From Myxococcota bacterium (GTDB lineage: Bacteria > Myxococcota_A > Polyangia > JBBTFH01): a stretch of 41,604 nt of DNA. Position numbers and translations under genes: made by a program. Under the pieces are notes generated by a model. The model was not told where the DNA came from, made no database searches, and worked only from the letters and a program-made list of their open reading frames with translations. Position 1 is the first letter of the stretch, and each line of letters starts with the position of its first letter. The stretch spans positions 1 to 41,604 of the forward strand of contig JBBTFH010000184.1 in NCBI GenBank assembly GCA_038041915.1, read 5' to 3'. This document shows, one piece after another, positions 17,477 to 26,797 of the stretch.

Positions 17477-18154
17477 GTGCGTCGCCCCCTGATCCTCGTC
17501 GGAAGCGCGCTGCTGGCCGTGGTCTCCGAGGCTGCCGTCGTGCAGGGCACGGTCGCCATTCCCGAGGGATTCGAGGCCGAGATCGACACGACGCCGTCGA
17601 TGTGGCTGATCGAGAACGGGCTCGTGCCGATAGCGCCGCCGCTCGAGGATCCGCGCACGCGCATGGTCGTGGTGCTCGAGGGCGGCGAGGCCGCGGCGGC
17701 CGCGGGCCCGAGCGCCACCGTCACGCTGCGCGACATGCGCCTCGACCCGCGCGTGTTGCCGGTGACGGTCGGCACCGCGGTCGACTTCAAGAACGAGGAC
17801 CGCTCCGTGCACGCGCTCTACTCGCCGGGCGATTCGCGCTTCGCGGCGCAGCCCCAGGCGCCCGGCGGCCTGCGGACGCACCGCTTCGATAGAGCCGGTG
17901 CCTACGAGATTCGCTGCAAGGAGGTGCCGCACGTGCGCGGCGTCGTCCTCGTGCTCGCCGGCGGCCTCTTCGCGCTGCCGCAGTCGGGCGGCGGGTTCCG
18001 CCTCGAGAACGTCCCGGCGGGCACGTACACGCTGCGCGTATGGTACGCGGGCGACTTCATCCACACGCAGGCGGTCGAAGTCGGCGCGGGCGACGCGCCG
18101 AGCGCGCAGATCGACGTCACGCTCGCGGCGCGCAAGGCCGCGAAGACCCCGTGA
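17477..18154 (+). CDS. Exported cupredoxin-like plus carboxypeptidase-regulatory-like domain protein
   Basis: Signal peptide; LDPRVLPVTVGTAVDFKNED..H...FDRAGAYEIRC; C-terminal FRLENVPAGTYTLRVW. Confidence 0.7.
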   Translation: MRRPLILVGSALLAVVSEAAVVQGTVAIPEGFEAEIDTTPSMWLIENGLVPIAPPLEDPRTRMVVVLEGGEAAAAAGPSATVTLRDMRLDPRVLPVTVGTAVDFKNEDRSVHALYSPGDSRFAAQPQAPGGLRTHRFDRAGAYEIRCKEVPHVRGVVLVLAGGLFALPQSGGGFRLENVPAGTYTLRVWYAGDFIHTQAVEVGAGDAPSAQIDVTLAARKAAKTP

Positions 18155-18164
18155 GGCCCATCTC

Positions 18165-19835
18165 GTGTGGCTGAGCAAGATCTGGTTCGCGGTGACGGCC
18201 TTCGTGGCGGCCGCCGCCGTCGCGTTCGGCCTGGTAGTCGCGAGCGTGGCGAGCGGCGAGGCGGATCGCGAGCAGGCCGAGCGCCTCGATCGTGCGCAGG
18301 ACGGCGCGCACCTGCTGCTCAAGGTCAACATTCGGAGCTGGATCGACGAGGTCGCGCGCCTGTCGACCGACGCCGCGCTCACCGACGGCGCGGAAAACTT
18401 CGGGCATGCCGCGGCCGCCGACGCGCCATTCATCCACGACTCCGTGCAGGCCCGCCTGCGGGCGCTGGGTGAGAAGCTCGGCGCCGAGCTGCTGATCGCC
18501 GTCGACGCCGGCGGCAAGGTGGTGGCGCGTGTAGGCGAGGACGAGGGGAGCTACGGCGACGGCCTGATCGGCTACCCTCTGGTCGAGGCGGTGCTGCGGG
18601 GCTACCGCCGCGACGATTCGTGGGGCGTGGGCGGCCAACTTTACCGCATGGCCGGCTCGCCGATCCCGAGCCGCACGCGCGAACGGGTCGTGGGCGGGCT
18701 CATAGTCGGGGACCGCGTGGACGACGCGTTTACCAAGTCGCTCGAGGCGCGGCTTGGCAGCGACATCGCGTTCTTTCTCGGCGGCAAGGTCGTCGCGCAG
18801 TCGCTCGGCTCGCCCGCCATCTTCAGCCTGCCCGCCCGCATCGAGGAGAACCGCGACACGCTGCGCAAGCAGGGACGCACGCCGGCGCTCGAGCTCGAGG
18901 CTGGCGTTGGCCGCTACCTCGCGGTGGTCGCGCCCGTCGTCGGCGAGGCCGCGGAGCTCGACGCCTGCTACGCGCTGATCGTCGAGCGCCGCACCGCCGG
19001 CGGCTTCGCGGCGCTGCTCGGGCGTATCGGGCGCGACGACGTCGCGTGGGGATCGTTTCCGTGGCTGCCGGTGGCGGGGGGGCTGGTGCTCGCGCTCGTC
19101 ATCGGTATCGCGGCGATGGTCTTCGAGGTCGACGTCCCGTTGCGGCGCCTGCTCGACGAGAGCCGCGACGTGGCCAAGGGCATCTCGGGCAAGGTCAACG
19201 ACGCAGCGCTGCGCGGGCGCTTCGGCAGCATCGGCCGCGCGATCAACGAGACGATCGAGCGGCTGAGCAGGGCCAAGCCGGGGCAGCGCGACATCGGCGC
19301 GATCCTCGGCTCGTCGGCGGGCGGCGAGCTGACGGCGACCGGCCGGCGCGGCGCGACGCTGTCCAACGTCCTGCCGGCGCTCGGATCGACGGATCGCGTC
19401 CCCACGCCGCCGATAGGCTACCCGTCGCCGCTCCTGTCCCAGCAGCCCTCGGGCGTCGTCCGATCGCTGTCGTCGCCGCTGTCGTCGCCGCTGTCGTCGT
19501 CGCTGTCGTCGTCGCGGTCGTCGTCGCCGGTGGCGCCGATGGGCGCGGAGCTCTCGGGCGCCGTGGCCGCCGTGGAGGATTCGTCGCTGCTCGAAGAGGA
19601 AGCGGCAGCCGAGGAGGACGCGCTCGAGGCGGCCCTGCTGCAGATCTACCGCGAGTTCATCGACACCAAGAAGCGCTGCGGCGAGGCGGACGTGGTCGCC
19701 TACGACCGCTTCGCCGAGAAGCTGCGCGAGAACAGGCGACAGCTGATGGAACGATTCGGCTGCAAAGACGTGAAGTTCATCGTCTACGTCAAGGAAGGCA
19801 AGGCCGCCGTGAAGGCCTCGCCGGTCAAGGCGTAG
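18165..19835 (+). CDS. MXAN_5187-family membrane protein (TM, Cache-like periplasmic domain, TM/HAMP-like, conserved C-terminal domain)
   Basis: GTG start VWLSKIWF; two TM helices; C-terminus IYREFIDTKKRCGE...FAEKLRENRRQLMERFGCKDVKFIVYVKEGKAAVKA matches the MXAN_5187 C-terminal pattern as I recall it. Confidence 0.75.
   Translation: MWLSKIWFAVTAFVAAAAVAFGLVVASVASGEADREQAERLDRAQDGAHLLLKVNIRSWIDEVARLSTDAALTDGAENFGHAAAADAPFIHDSVQARLRALGEKLGAELLIAVDAGGKVVARVGEDEGSYGDGLIGYPLVEAVLRGYRRDDSWGVGGQLYRMAGSPIPSRTRERVVGGLIVGDRVDDAFTKSLEARLGSDIAFFLGGKVVAQSLGSPAIFSLPARIEENRDTLRKQGRTPALELEAGVGRYLAVVAPVVGEAAELDACYALIVERRTAGGFAALLGRIGRDDVAWGSFPWLPVAGGLVLALVIGIAAMVFEVDVPLRRLLDESRDVAKGISGKVNDAALRGRFGSIGRAINETIERLSRAKPGQRDIGAILGSSAGGELTATGRRGATLSNVLPALGSTDRVPTPPIGYPSPLLSQQPSGVVRSLSSPLSSPLSSSLSSSRSSSPVAPMGAELSGAVAAVEDSSLLEEEAAAEEDALEAALLQIYREFIDTKKRCGEADVVAYDRFAEKLRENRRQLMERFGCKDVKFIVYVKEGKAAVKASPVKA
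19465..19529 (+). repeat. Imperfect 12-bp coding tandem repeat (CGCTGTCGTCG[C/T]) encoding LSSP/LSSS
   Basis: About 5 units: LSSP LSSP LSSS LSSS RSSSP. Confidence 0.7.
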
Positions 19836-19892
19836 CAAAGCGCTTCGATCGCGGACCGCGCGCGGATCGTGATCGACTCGAAAGGAGAGCAC

Positions 19893-20138
19893 GTGGACGA
19901 AAACACCAGCAGCGAAACGCCGGAGCAGGACACCCTCGTCGTGGCCTCGAAGGTGAAGAAGTACATTCGCGAAAAATCGGGCATGAACACGTCCGCGTCG
20001 CTGCTCGACGCGCTGTCCGAGCAGGTCCGAACGCTCTGCGAGCAGGCGGCCCTGCGCGCGAAAGCCGACGGCCGCAAGACGGTGATGGACCGGGATCTCG
20101 TGAGGCCGCCGGACGCGCCCGCCGCGCCCACGCCGTAG
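19893..20138 (+). CDS. Bacterial histone-fold protein (Bdellovibrio Bd0055/HBb-like singlet)
   Basis: SD AAAGGAG then GTG; LVVASKVKKYIREKSGMNTSASLLDALSEQVRTLCEQAALRAKADGRKTVMDRDL, with the histone RKTxxxxD motif. Confidence 0.88.
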   Translation: MDENTSSETPEQDTLVVASKVKKYIREKSGMNTSASLLDALSEQVRTLCEQAALRAKADGRKTVMDRDLVRPPDAPAAPTP

Positions 20139-20147
20139 ACCTCGCTC

Positions 20148-22451
20148 CTACTGCCCGCCCGGCTTCATCTGCTCGAGCAGGAACGTCTCCGCGTCGATCT
20201 CTCCGGCGCTGGGGGCGACCTCGACCGGCTCGGTGCCGGAGACGAAGATCTCGTCGATCGCTTCGGCCATCTCGGGCGGTGCGCGCAGGCCGGTGGCGGG
20301 ATCGATCCGCACCGACACGATGCCGGCGGGCTGGCGGAAGGCGCGCGCGGGGCGACCGGCGTGCGCGCCGAGCATGAAGTCGGTCCAGATCGGCACGGCG
20401 GCGCGGCCTCCGGCCTCACCCTTGCCGAGTGGCCGCGGCTCGTCGAACCCGATCCACACGGCGGCGCAGAGGTCGGGCGTGAAGCCGACGAACCAGGCGT
20501 CCTTGTGATCGTCGGACGTGCCGGTCTTGCCGGCGGCGGGGCGCGCGACGCGGCGCGCGGCACGGCCGGTGCCGTCTTCGATCACGCTGCGCAGTAGATC
20601 GACCATCACGTATGCGGCCTGAGCCGAAATTGCGGAGCGCTTTGCTGACGCGGGCTCAAGACGGCCGTCGATCTCGACGACGAACGACGGCTCGGTGCGG
20701 CGACCGCCGGCGGCGAACGTCCCGAAGGCGGACGCGAGCTCGAGCGGCGTCACGGCGGAGGCGCCCAGCGCCAGGCTCAAGTTGCGGTCGAGCGGCGAGG
20801 CGATGCCGAGGCGCCGCGCCGTCGCGATCGTCGCCTCGACGCCGACTTCGCCCAGCAGCTTCACGGCGATGGTGTTCACGCTGTCGGCGAGCGCGACGCG
20901 CAGGCGGAGCGGCCCGCGAAACGAGGTCGCGTCGTAGTTTCGCGGCTTCCAGCTTGCAAAGACCTCGGGCGAATCGACCAGCACGGTCGCCGCGGTGAAC
21001 CGGCCGGACTCGATCGCCGCGGCGTACGTGATCGGCTTGAAGGCCGAGCCGGGCTGCCGTCGCGCCTGTCGTGCGCGGTCGAAGCCGCCCGCGTGAAATC
21101 CGTAGCCGCCGACGAGCGCGCGCACCTGGCCGGTCGAAGGCTCGATCGCGACCAGCGCCCCTTGAGGGCCCATGTCGAGCGCGACCGCGTCCTTGCCGCG
21201 CTCGGGGGCCGCGCGCACGCGGAGCACGTCGCCCGAGCGCAGCGGCGGGTTCTCGCCGCTCTTCCCGGCGGCGAAGCGAGGCTCGGCCGTGAGATCGAGC
21301 GTCGCCTGCCGCGTGCCGAGATCGAGGCGTGCGGTGCGGCTCTTCGTGTCGACTTCGATGACGAGCGCCTCGACGGTCGGGCCGCGGCTTTGCCGCAGCC
21401 GCTCGAGCTGCTTGGCGATCGCCTTGCCCTCAAGGTGCCGCAGCGGCTTGCGATAGCCTTGCCGCTCGTCGAGGGCGCGCAGGCCCTGCTCGAGCGCGGC
21501 CCGTGCTTGGCTTTGCATAGCCGCGTCGATGCTCGTGCGCACGCGCGCGCCGAGATACGGCACGCGGTCGGCGCCGTAGCGCTCGGCGAGCAGAGCCTGC
21601 ACCCAGTCGACGATCTCGGGCGCCTGCACCGGGCTCGCCGTCAGCGAAGGCGTCCTGGCCAAAGGCAGGGCCGCTTCGCGCGCGGCGCGCGCGGAGGCCG
21701 CGTCGACGGCGCCGAGCTTCTCCATCTGCTCGAGGACGTAGACTTGCCGCCGCTTGGCGCGATCGGGGTGCCGAAGCGGCGTCAGCGCCTCGGGCGCCTG
21801 CGGCAGCCCGGCGAGCAGCGCCGCCTCGGCGAGCGACAGCTTCTCGATCGAGTGCCCGAAGTAGAAACGCGCCGCCTCCTCGAAGCCGTAGCGGCCGTGG
21901 CCGAGGTAGATCTGGTTCAGGTAGAGGTGGAGGATCTCGTCCTTGGCGAGCGCGCGCTCGAGGCGGCGCGCGAGGATGACCTCCTGCATCTTGCGGCGTA
22001 GCGTACGTTCGGGCGAGAGGAAAAAGGTCTTCACGACCTGCTGCGTGATCGTGCTGCCGCCCTGCGCGAAGCGGCCGGCGCGCAGGTTGGCGAAGAAGGC
22101 GCGCAGCATGCCGGCGTAGTCGAGGCCGCGGTGTTGGTAGAACTGCGCATCCTCGGCGGCGACGACGGCCTGCACGAGCAGCCGCGGGATGCGCTCCATC
22201 GCCACCACCGTGCGCCGCTCGCGGAAGATCTCGCCGAGCAGCGCGCCGTCGGCAAAGTAGATCTTGGTGGCGCGCGGCGGATCGTAGTCGCCCAGCCGCT
22301 GGATGCGCGGCAGGTCGGGATCGTAGGCGACGACGAGGAACGCGACGCCAAGCGCGCCCGCGGCGGCGAAGACGAGGCCGAGCAGCGCGGCGGCGAAGAC
22401 GAGGAGAGCGCGGGCGCGCCTCTTCTGCTTACGCTGCTTGTCGCGAGCCAC
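20148..22451 (-). CDS. mrcA: Class A penicillin-binding protein 1A
   Basis: GT51 motifs AAEDAQFYQHRG, GGSTITQQVVK, RKMQE; transpeptidase motifs QPGSAFK, SVN, KTGT. Confidence 0.93.
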   Translation of the reverse strand: MARDKQRKQKRRARALLVFAAALLGLVFAAAGALGVAFLVVAYDPDLPRIQRLGDYDPPRATKIYFADGALLGEIFRERRTVVAMERIPRLLVQAVVAAEDAQFYQHRGLDYAGMLRAFFANLRAGRFAQGGSTITQQVVKTFFLSPERTLRRKMQEVILARRLERALAKDEILHLYLNQIYLGHGRYGFEEAARFYFGHSIEKLSLAEAALLAGLPQAPEALTPLRHPDRAKRRQVYVLEQMEKLGAVDAASARAAREAALPLARTPSLTASPVQAPEIVDWVQALLAERYGADRVPYLGARVRTSIDAAMQSQARAALEQGLRALDERQGYRKPLRHLEGKAIAKQLERLRQSRGPTVEALVIEVDTKSRTARLDLGTRQATLDLTAEPRFAAGKSGENPPLRSGDVLRVRAAPERGKDAVALDMGPQGALVAIEPSTGQVRALVGGYGFHAGGFDRARQARRQPGSAFKPITYAAAIESGRFTAATVLVDSPEVFASWKPRNYDATSFRGPLRLRVALADSVNTIAVKLLGEVGVEATIATARRLGIASPLDRNLSLALGASAVTPLELASAFGTFAAGGRRTEPSFVVEIDGRLEPASAKRSAISAQAAYVMVDLLRSVIEDGTGRAARRVARPAAGKTGTSDDHKDAWFVGFTPDLCAAVWIGFDEPRPLGKGEAGGRAAVPIWTDFMLGAHAGRPARAFRQPAGIVSVRIDPATGLRAPPEMAEAIDEIFVSGTEPVEVAPSAGEIDAETFLLEQMKPGGQ

Positions 22452-22462
22452 GACCGCGAAGT

Positions 22463-23113
22463 CTAGCGCGCCTCACGGCGCAGGATCGCGTCGGCGGCGC
22501 TCACGCTGTCGCGGTAGAAGCGCGCGCGCAGCGCCAATCGCGCGGACTCATCGAGATCGCCGGCTGCGCCGAGGTCCGCGCGCACGCGGCGGCAGACGTC
22601 GAATGCGGCGACGGCGACGGCGACCGAGATGTTCAGGCTGCGCGTGAAGCCGTGCTGCGGGATGCGAAAGAGCCGGTCGAGGTCCGCGCGCGCCGCCGCC
22701 GACAGGCCGCGGTGCTCGTTGCCGAACACGAGCGCGATCGGTTGATCGACGGGGAGCGCGCCGAGCTCCTCGTCGGCCTCCGGGGCTGCGCCGGCCGTGA
22801 CGAATCCGCCGGCGCGGAGCGCGGTGATCGCCTCCTTCACGTTGGCATGACGGTGTAGCGACAGCCACTTCTCGGCGCCCTGCGTGACCTTGTCGGCGGG
22901 ACGGAAGGTCTCGACCGACTCGACGACATGCACCTCCCCGATGCCCAGCGCCTCGCAGGTTCGCAATACGGCCGCGGCATTGTGCGGCTCGTGGACGTCC
23001 TCGACCAGCACGCTGACGCCGCGCAGCCGCGCGCCCAGCACCGCCTCGATGCGCGCCCTCCGCTCGTCGGAGACATAGGGCGCGAGAATCTCCACGACGC
23101 GGGCGTCGGTCAC
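22463..23113 (-). CDS. trmH: SpoU/TrmH-family tRNA/rRNA 2'-O-methyltransferase
   Basis: EDVHEPHNAAAVLRTCEALG, LVFGNEHRGL, IPQHGFTRSLNISVA. Confidence 0.8.
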   Translation of the reverse strand: MTDARVVEILAPYVSDERRARIEAVLGARLRGVSVLVEDVHEPHNAAAVLRTCEALGIGEVHVVESVETFRPADKVTQGAEKWLSLHRHANVKEAITALRAGGFVTAGAAPEADEELGALPVDQPIALVFGNEHRGLSAAARADLDRLFRIPQHGFTRSLNISVAVAVAAFDVCRRVRADLGAAGDLDESARLALRARFYRDSVSAADAILRREAR

Positions 23114-23164
23114 CGCGCATTGATCGCAGCCCGGCGCGCGCGGCGCAAGTGGGAGGAAGGGCGT

Positions 23165-24478
23165 CTAGAACGAGAGCATGCCGCCCACGCCGATCGTCGC
23201 CACGTGGATCGGCGCGAACACGCCGCTGGGATCGAGCAGGAAGAGCCGCGCGTAGTCGCTGGTCGCGTAGATCGCCTTGCTCAGCATCACGCGCACGCCC
23301 GCGCCCACGACCGCGCCCTCCAGGCCGGGCGTCTGGCCGATGGCGCGGTGCAGCCACCGGGCTCCCACGACCACGCGGCGGCCGGTCGGCACGTCGAGGC
23401 GCACGCCCAGGAGATTGCCCTCGGGGCCGGGACGGCGCGAGAAGCCGCCCGCGAGCTTCATGCGCTTGGCTTCGACCGACGCCTCGGCGAGAAAGCCGTG
23501 GCCGCCAAAGCCGCCCGCGTCGGCGGCGGCGCGCTGCGTCGCCGGATCGCGCTCGGGCGCGGCGAGCGTGAACTGCAGGCGCGTCAGATCGTAGAGCGCG
23601 TCGGCGTAGGCGGGGATGTAGCCGTCCGACCCGAGGCGGTACTCGCCGCGCAGCGCGAGGCGCGCGGAGGCCGGCGTGATCTCGACGAGGCCGCCCGCGT
23701 GCAAGCCCGCGCCGAGGCCGAAGTGGAGGTTTCCGTCGACGTACGGCGTAAACGCGACGGCGTCATCGGCGACGCGCACGTCGAGATCGCCGCCGACCAT
23801 CGTCAGCGTACGACCGTAGGTCTCGAGGTTGCGCGCACCGTCGATCGAGCGCGTGCCGTCGAGGTTTTCGCGCACGCTCTCGGGCGCCCACAAGTCGAAT
23901 GCCGCGGTCGCGCCGACGGAGAGGTGCTCTTCGACGGGGTGGCCGGAGGCGCGCGCGGCGACCAGGCGCGGGCCGGTGACGTCGTCGACTAGCGCCTCGA
24001 AGCCGTACCAGGGGTGCTCGATGCGCACGCTCGCGCCGGCGTGCAGGTGGTCGGGGTCAACAGCATTCGTGTAGTCGCGGACGATCGTTCCGTGGCCGAC
24101 GGTAGCGCCGTCGTGCTCGCCGACGTGGATCTCGAAGCGACCCTCGGGCGCCAGTTCGTCTTCGATCGTGAAGTCGCGCAGGATGTGCGCGAAGTCGGAA
24201 GGCTCGTCCCAATCCTCGCGACGCAGCGCCGGTTCGTCGGGCCCGCGATCGAGCATCCGCAGCCGCATGCGGCCTTCGAGCAGCATCCGCCACGCGTCGT
24301 CTGACGCGAAGGCGGTTCCGTGCAGCGTCGCCATGCCGTCCTCGGCGAACGAGCCGACCCCGGCGTCCGCGGCGACGCGGCCCAGGCTTCCGCCGTCGGC
24401 CCCGGCCTCGACAGCCGCCTCCATCGACTCCGCCGCCGCCAAGCTACTCATGAAAATACAACATGTTACGTGTTTCAT
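23165..24478 (-). CDS. Hypothetical outer-membrane beta-barrel protein
   Basis: Signal-like N-terminus, many amphipathic strands, C-terminal Phe (GVGGMLSF). Confidence 0.6.
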   Translation of the reverse strand: MKHVTCCIFMSSLAAAESMEAAVEAGADGGSLGRVAADAGVGSFAEDGMATLHGTAFASDDAWRMLLEGRMRLRMLDRGPDEPALRREDWDEPSDFAHILRDFTIEDELAPEGRFEIHVGEHDGATVGHGTIVRDYTNAVDPDHLHAGASVRIEHPWYGFEALVDDVTGPRLVAARASGHPVEEHLSVGATAAFDLWAPESVRENLDGTRSIDGARNLETYGRTLTMVGGDLDVRVADDAVAFTPYVDGNLHFGLGAGLHAGGLVEITPASARLALRGEYRLGSDGYIPAYADALYDLTRLQFTLAAPERDPATQRAAADAGGFGGHGFLAEASVEAKRMKLAGGFSRRPGPEGNLLGVRLDVPTGRRVVVGARWLHRAIGQTPGLEGAVVGAGVRVMLSKAIYATSDYARLFLLDPSGVFAPIHVATIGVGGMLSF

Positions 24479-24480
24479 GA
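24448..24480. promoter_or_regulatory. AT-rich imperfect palindrome (candidate operator)
   Basis: TCATGAAA-...-AACATGTT-...-TTTCATGA overlapping the start of the beta-barrel gene. Confidence 0.45.
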
Positions 24481-24533
24481 CGACATTATCCTACATATAA
24501 CTACCCACCGCAAGAGACCTGCGCGCCGAGCGG

Positions 24534-26786
24534 CTACGGCGTGCCCAGGCGTGGGTCGTCGGCGCCGAAGTCGTCTTCGTCCCGCGGCGGTTCGGCATCG
24601 GCGGGCGGCGGCGCGTCGACGAACGGCAGATCGAGATCGTCGAGCGGCTCGTCGGGCGACGCTTCGACCATCTTCTTGACCAGCGCGAGGCACTCCTTCT
24701 CCGGCTTGGCCTCCGCCCGATCGAATACGAGCGTCTGCGCGAGCGCCTCCTCGTACTCGGCGTCTTCGAGTCGCGCTCGCTCGTGCATGCGCTTGAGGAT
24801 GCGCGGCAGGTATTTTTCCCACTTCGGCGAGAGCCTACCGCGGCAGTAGTGCTCGTAGCGGCGCTTGGGGCTCGGCAGGATGCTCGAGAAGAACGCACTC
24901 TCGAGCGGCGTCAGGTCGCGCGCGTGCTTGCCGAAGTAGTGACGCGCAGCACGCCCGATGCCGAAGATGCCCGGTCCGAACTCTATGGCGTTGAGATAAA
25001 TCTCGAGCGTCCGCTCTTTGGGCAGGTTCTGCTCGACGTACCAGGTCAGCACCAGTTCCTGCAGCTTGCGCGCAAGCGTCTTTTCGCGCGTCAGAAGCAC
25101 GTTCTTGACCATCTGCATGGTGATCGACGACGCGCCGAAGGCGAAGCGGCCTTGCAAGAGGTTGCGTGCGAGCGCTGATCGAAACTCGCGCGGGATGAAG
25201 CCCCTGTGCTCGAAGAAGCGCGAGTCCTCGGTCGTGAGCAGCGACGCGACCAGATAGGGCGAGACGTCGGCGAGCGGCACGAAGTCGGCGTTCTCGGGCC
25301 CGATCACGAAGGTCGCCTCGTGGCCGGGCGTGACCTCCATCGTGTGCTCGAAGCTGCCGAGGAGTCGCCGCACGTCGGCTTCGGGCGGCGCCTCGAGCAC
25401 GCGGCAGCCGCCCAAGGCGATCTTTCCGTCGAGCGCCACGGCGCCGAGCGCGACCTCGCGCTGCTGCCGCCAGCGGCCGCTGGCAGTGAGCTTGGCGAGC
25501 GTGTCGAAGTCGATGCGCGTGCGCACGTCGGCTTCGAAAAAGCCGGCGAGGCGGAAGCCAGCGAGCTTGGGCACGAGCGCTGGCGGCAACGCGTCAAGGA
25601 CGCTCTGGCAGGCGACCGGCGGGACGCGCATGCGCGCGGTGAGCAGCGGATGCGCGCCGAGGCGCTCGGCGCTGCCCTCGAGCACCGCCGTGACGCCCGC
25701 GTAGGTCACCACCGCCTCGTCGAGCGCGAGCTTCTGCGCGCGCGGATCGAAGCGCCCGCGCACCGAGGCCTCGATGGCCAGGCCGGGCACCGCGACCGGG
25801 CCGATGCGCGGCCCGAACAGCGTCAGGCCGGAGGCCGCGACAGAGCCTTCGAAGGAGATGTCGTCGCCGTGCTGGCGCAGCACGAGGTCGCCGCCGAGCT
25901 CCGCGCGATCGAGATCCTTGAGCGGAAGCTTCGCGAGCGCGTCGGCGACGCGCGCGAGGCTGAAGCGTTCGCCGTGCACGTGGAGCTCGGCCTCCGCTTG
26001 CCCCAAGCCGTGAGGCTGCGTGCCCTCCGATGGGCGAATCCAGCCCGACGCGTCCCACAGGCGCCCGCCCGCGCTGCCGTAGCTACCCGCGAGCGTGACG
26101 CCGAAGCCGCCGTCCTCGCGCGGCGCGATCCACCCGTCGATGCCGGTGAGCTCGACGCCGGGGAGCGCACGCACGCGCCCGTGGTGCAGCCAGACGCGCG
26201 TGCGTTGCGGCTGGCCGGCTTGGCCGCGCGGCGCGATCGTCACCTCGAGCCGCTCGGCCGCGGCCTCGGGTCCGGCGCGCAGCCGCGCGGTCGCCTCCGT
26301 CAGCGTCGCGCGCAGCGGCTCGCGCGGGCGCCAGGTCGCTTTGAGTCGCGCCCGGCCGTCGAGGCCGAGCGCGGGGTCCGCGTACTCGACCGTGACGTCG
26401 CTCAGTGTGACGGATCGAATCGTCACGCGGCCGGCCCTGCCGCCGCCGGACGTGGTTGGGCGCCGATCGTCAGGCCCGAGGCGCACCGACGCGCCGCGCG
26501 CGCTCACGTCGGCGTGGACGCGCAGCGCGAGCAGCGGCAGGAGGTCGTAGGCAAGAGCGACCTCGCGGATGAAGGCGCGGTCGCCGACGCGGACGTCGCG
26601 AAACGTCAATCGCCCGAGGCGCGATTCGATCTTCTCGGCGCTGACCGGCGCGCCGAGGCGCGCCGACGCGAGGCGCAGCGCCCGCCCGCCGGCGTAGGCG
26701 CCCCCGAGGCGCAGCAGAAGAAAGCCCGCGAGCGCGAGCGCGCCCGCACAGGCGAGCGCGCGACGCAGGAGGGGACTACGAAGCAA
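24534..26786 (-). CDS. Monofunctional biosynthetic peptidoglycan transglycosylase (GT51) with large N-terminal beta-rich region; start approximate
   Basis: TM helix; TTEDSRFFEHRG, GASSITMQMVKN, RKLQE, LEIYLNAIEFG; no transpeptidase domain. Confidence 0.85.
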   Translation of the reverse strand: MLRSPLLRRALACAGALALAGFLLLRLGGAYAGGRALRLASARLGAPVSAEKIESRLGRLTFRDVRVGDRAFIREVALAYDLLPLLALRVHADVSARGASVRLGPDDRRPTTSGGGRAGRVTIRSVTLSDVTVEYADPALGLDGRARLKATWRPREPLRATLTEATARLRAGPEAAAERLEVTIAPRGQAGQPQRTRVWLHHGRVRALPGVELTGIDGWIAPREDGGFGVTLAGSYGSAGGRLWDASGWIRPSEGTQPHGLGQAEAELHVHGERFSLARVADALAKLPLKDLDRAELGGDLVLRQHGDDISFEGSVAASGLTLFGPRIGPVAVPGLAIEASVRGRFDPRAQKLALDEAVVTYAGVTAVLEGSAERLGAHPLLTARMRVPPVACQSVLDALPPALVPKLAGFRLAGFFEADVRTRIDFDTLAKLTASGRWRQQREVALGAVALDGKIALGGCRVLEAPPEADVRRLLGSFEHTMEVTPGHEATFVIGPENADFVPLADVSPYLVASLLTTEDSRFFEHRGFIPREFRSALARNLLQGRFAFGASSITMQMVKNVLLTREKTLARKLQELVLTWYVEQNLPKERTLEIYLNAIEFGPGIFGIGRAARHYFGKHARDLTPLESAFFSSILPSPKRRYEHYCRGRLSPKWEKYLPRILKRMHERARLEDAEYEEALAQTLVFDRAEAKPEKECLALVKKMVEASPDEPLDDLDLPFVDAPPPADAEPPRDEDDFGADDPRLGTP

Positions 26787-26797
26787 CGCGGGGAAGG

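Noticed and set aside
25469-25484. Perfect 16-bp palindrome GCCAGCGGCCGCTGGC in the transglycosylase gene
   Set aside because: Nearly all G/C, single copy and within coding sequence; plausible by chance.
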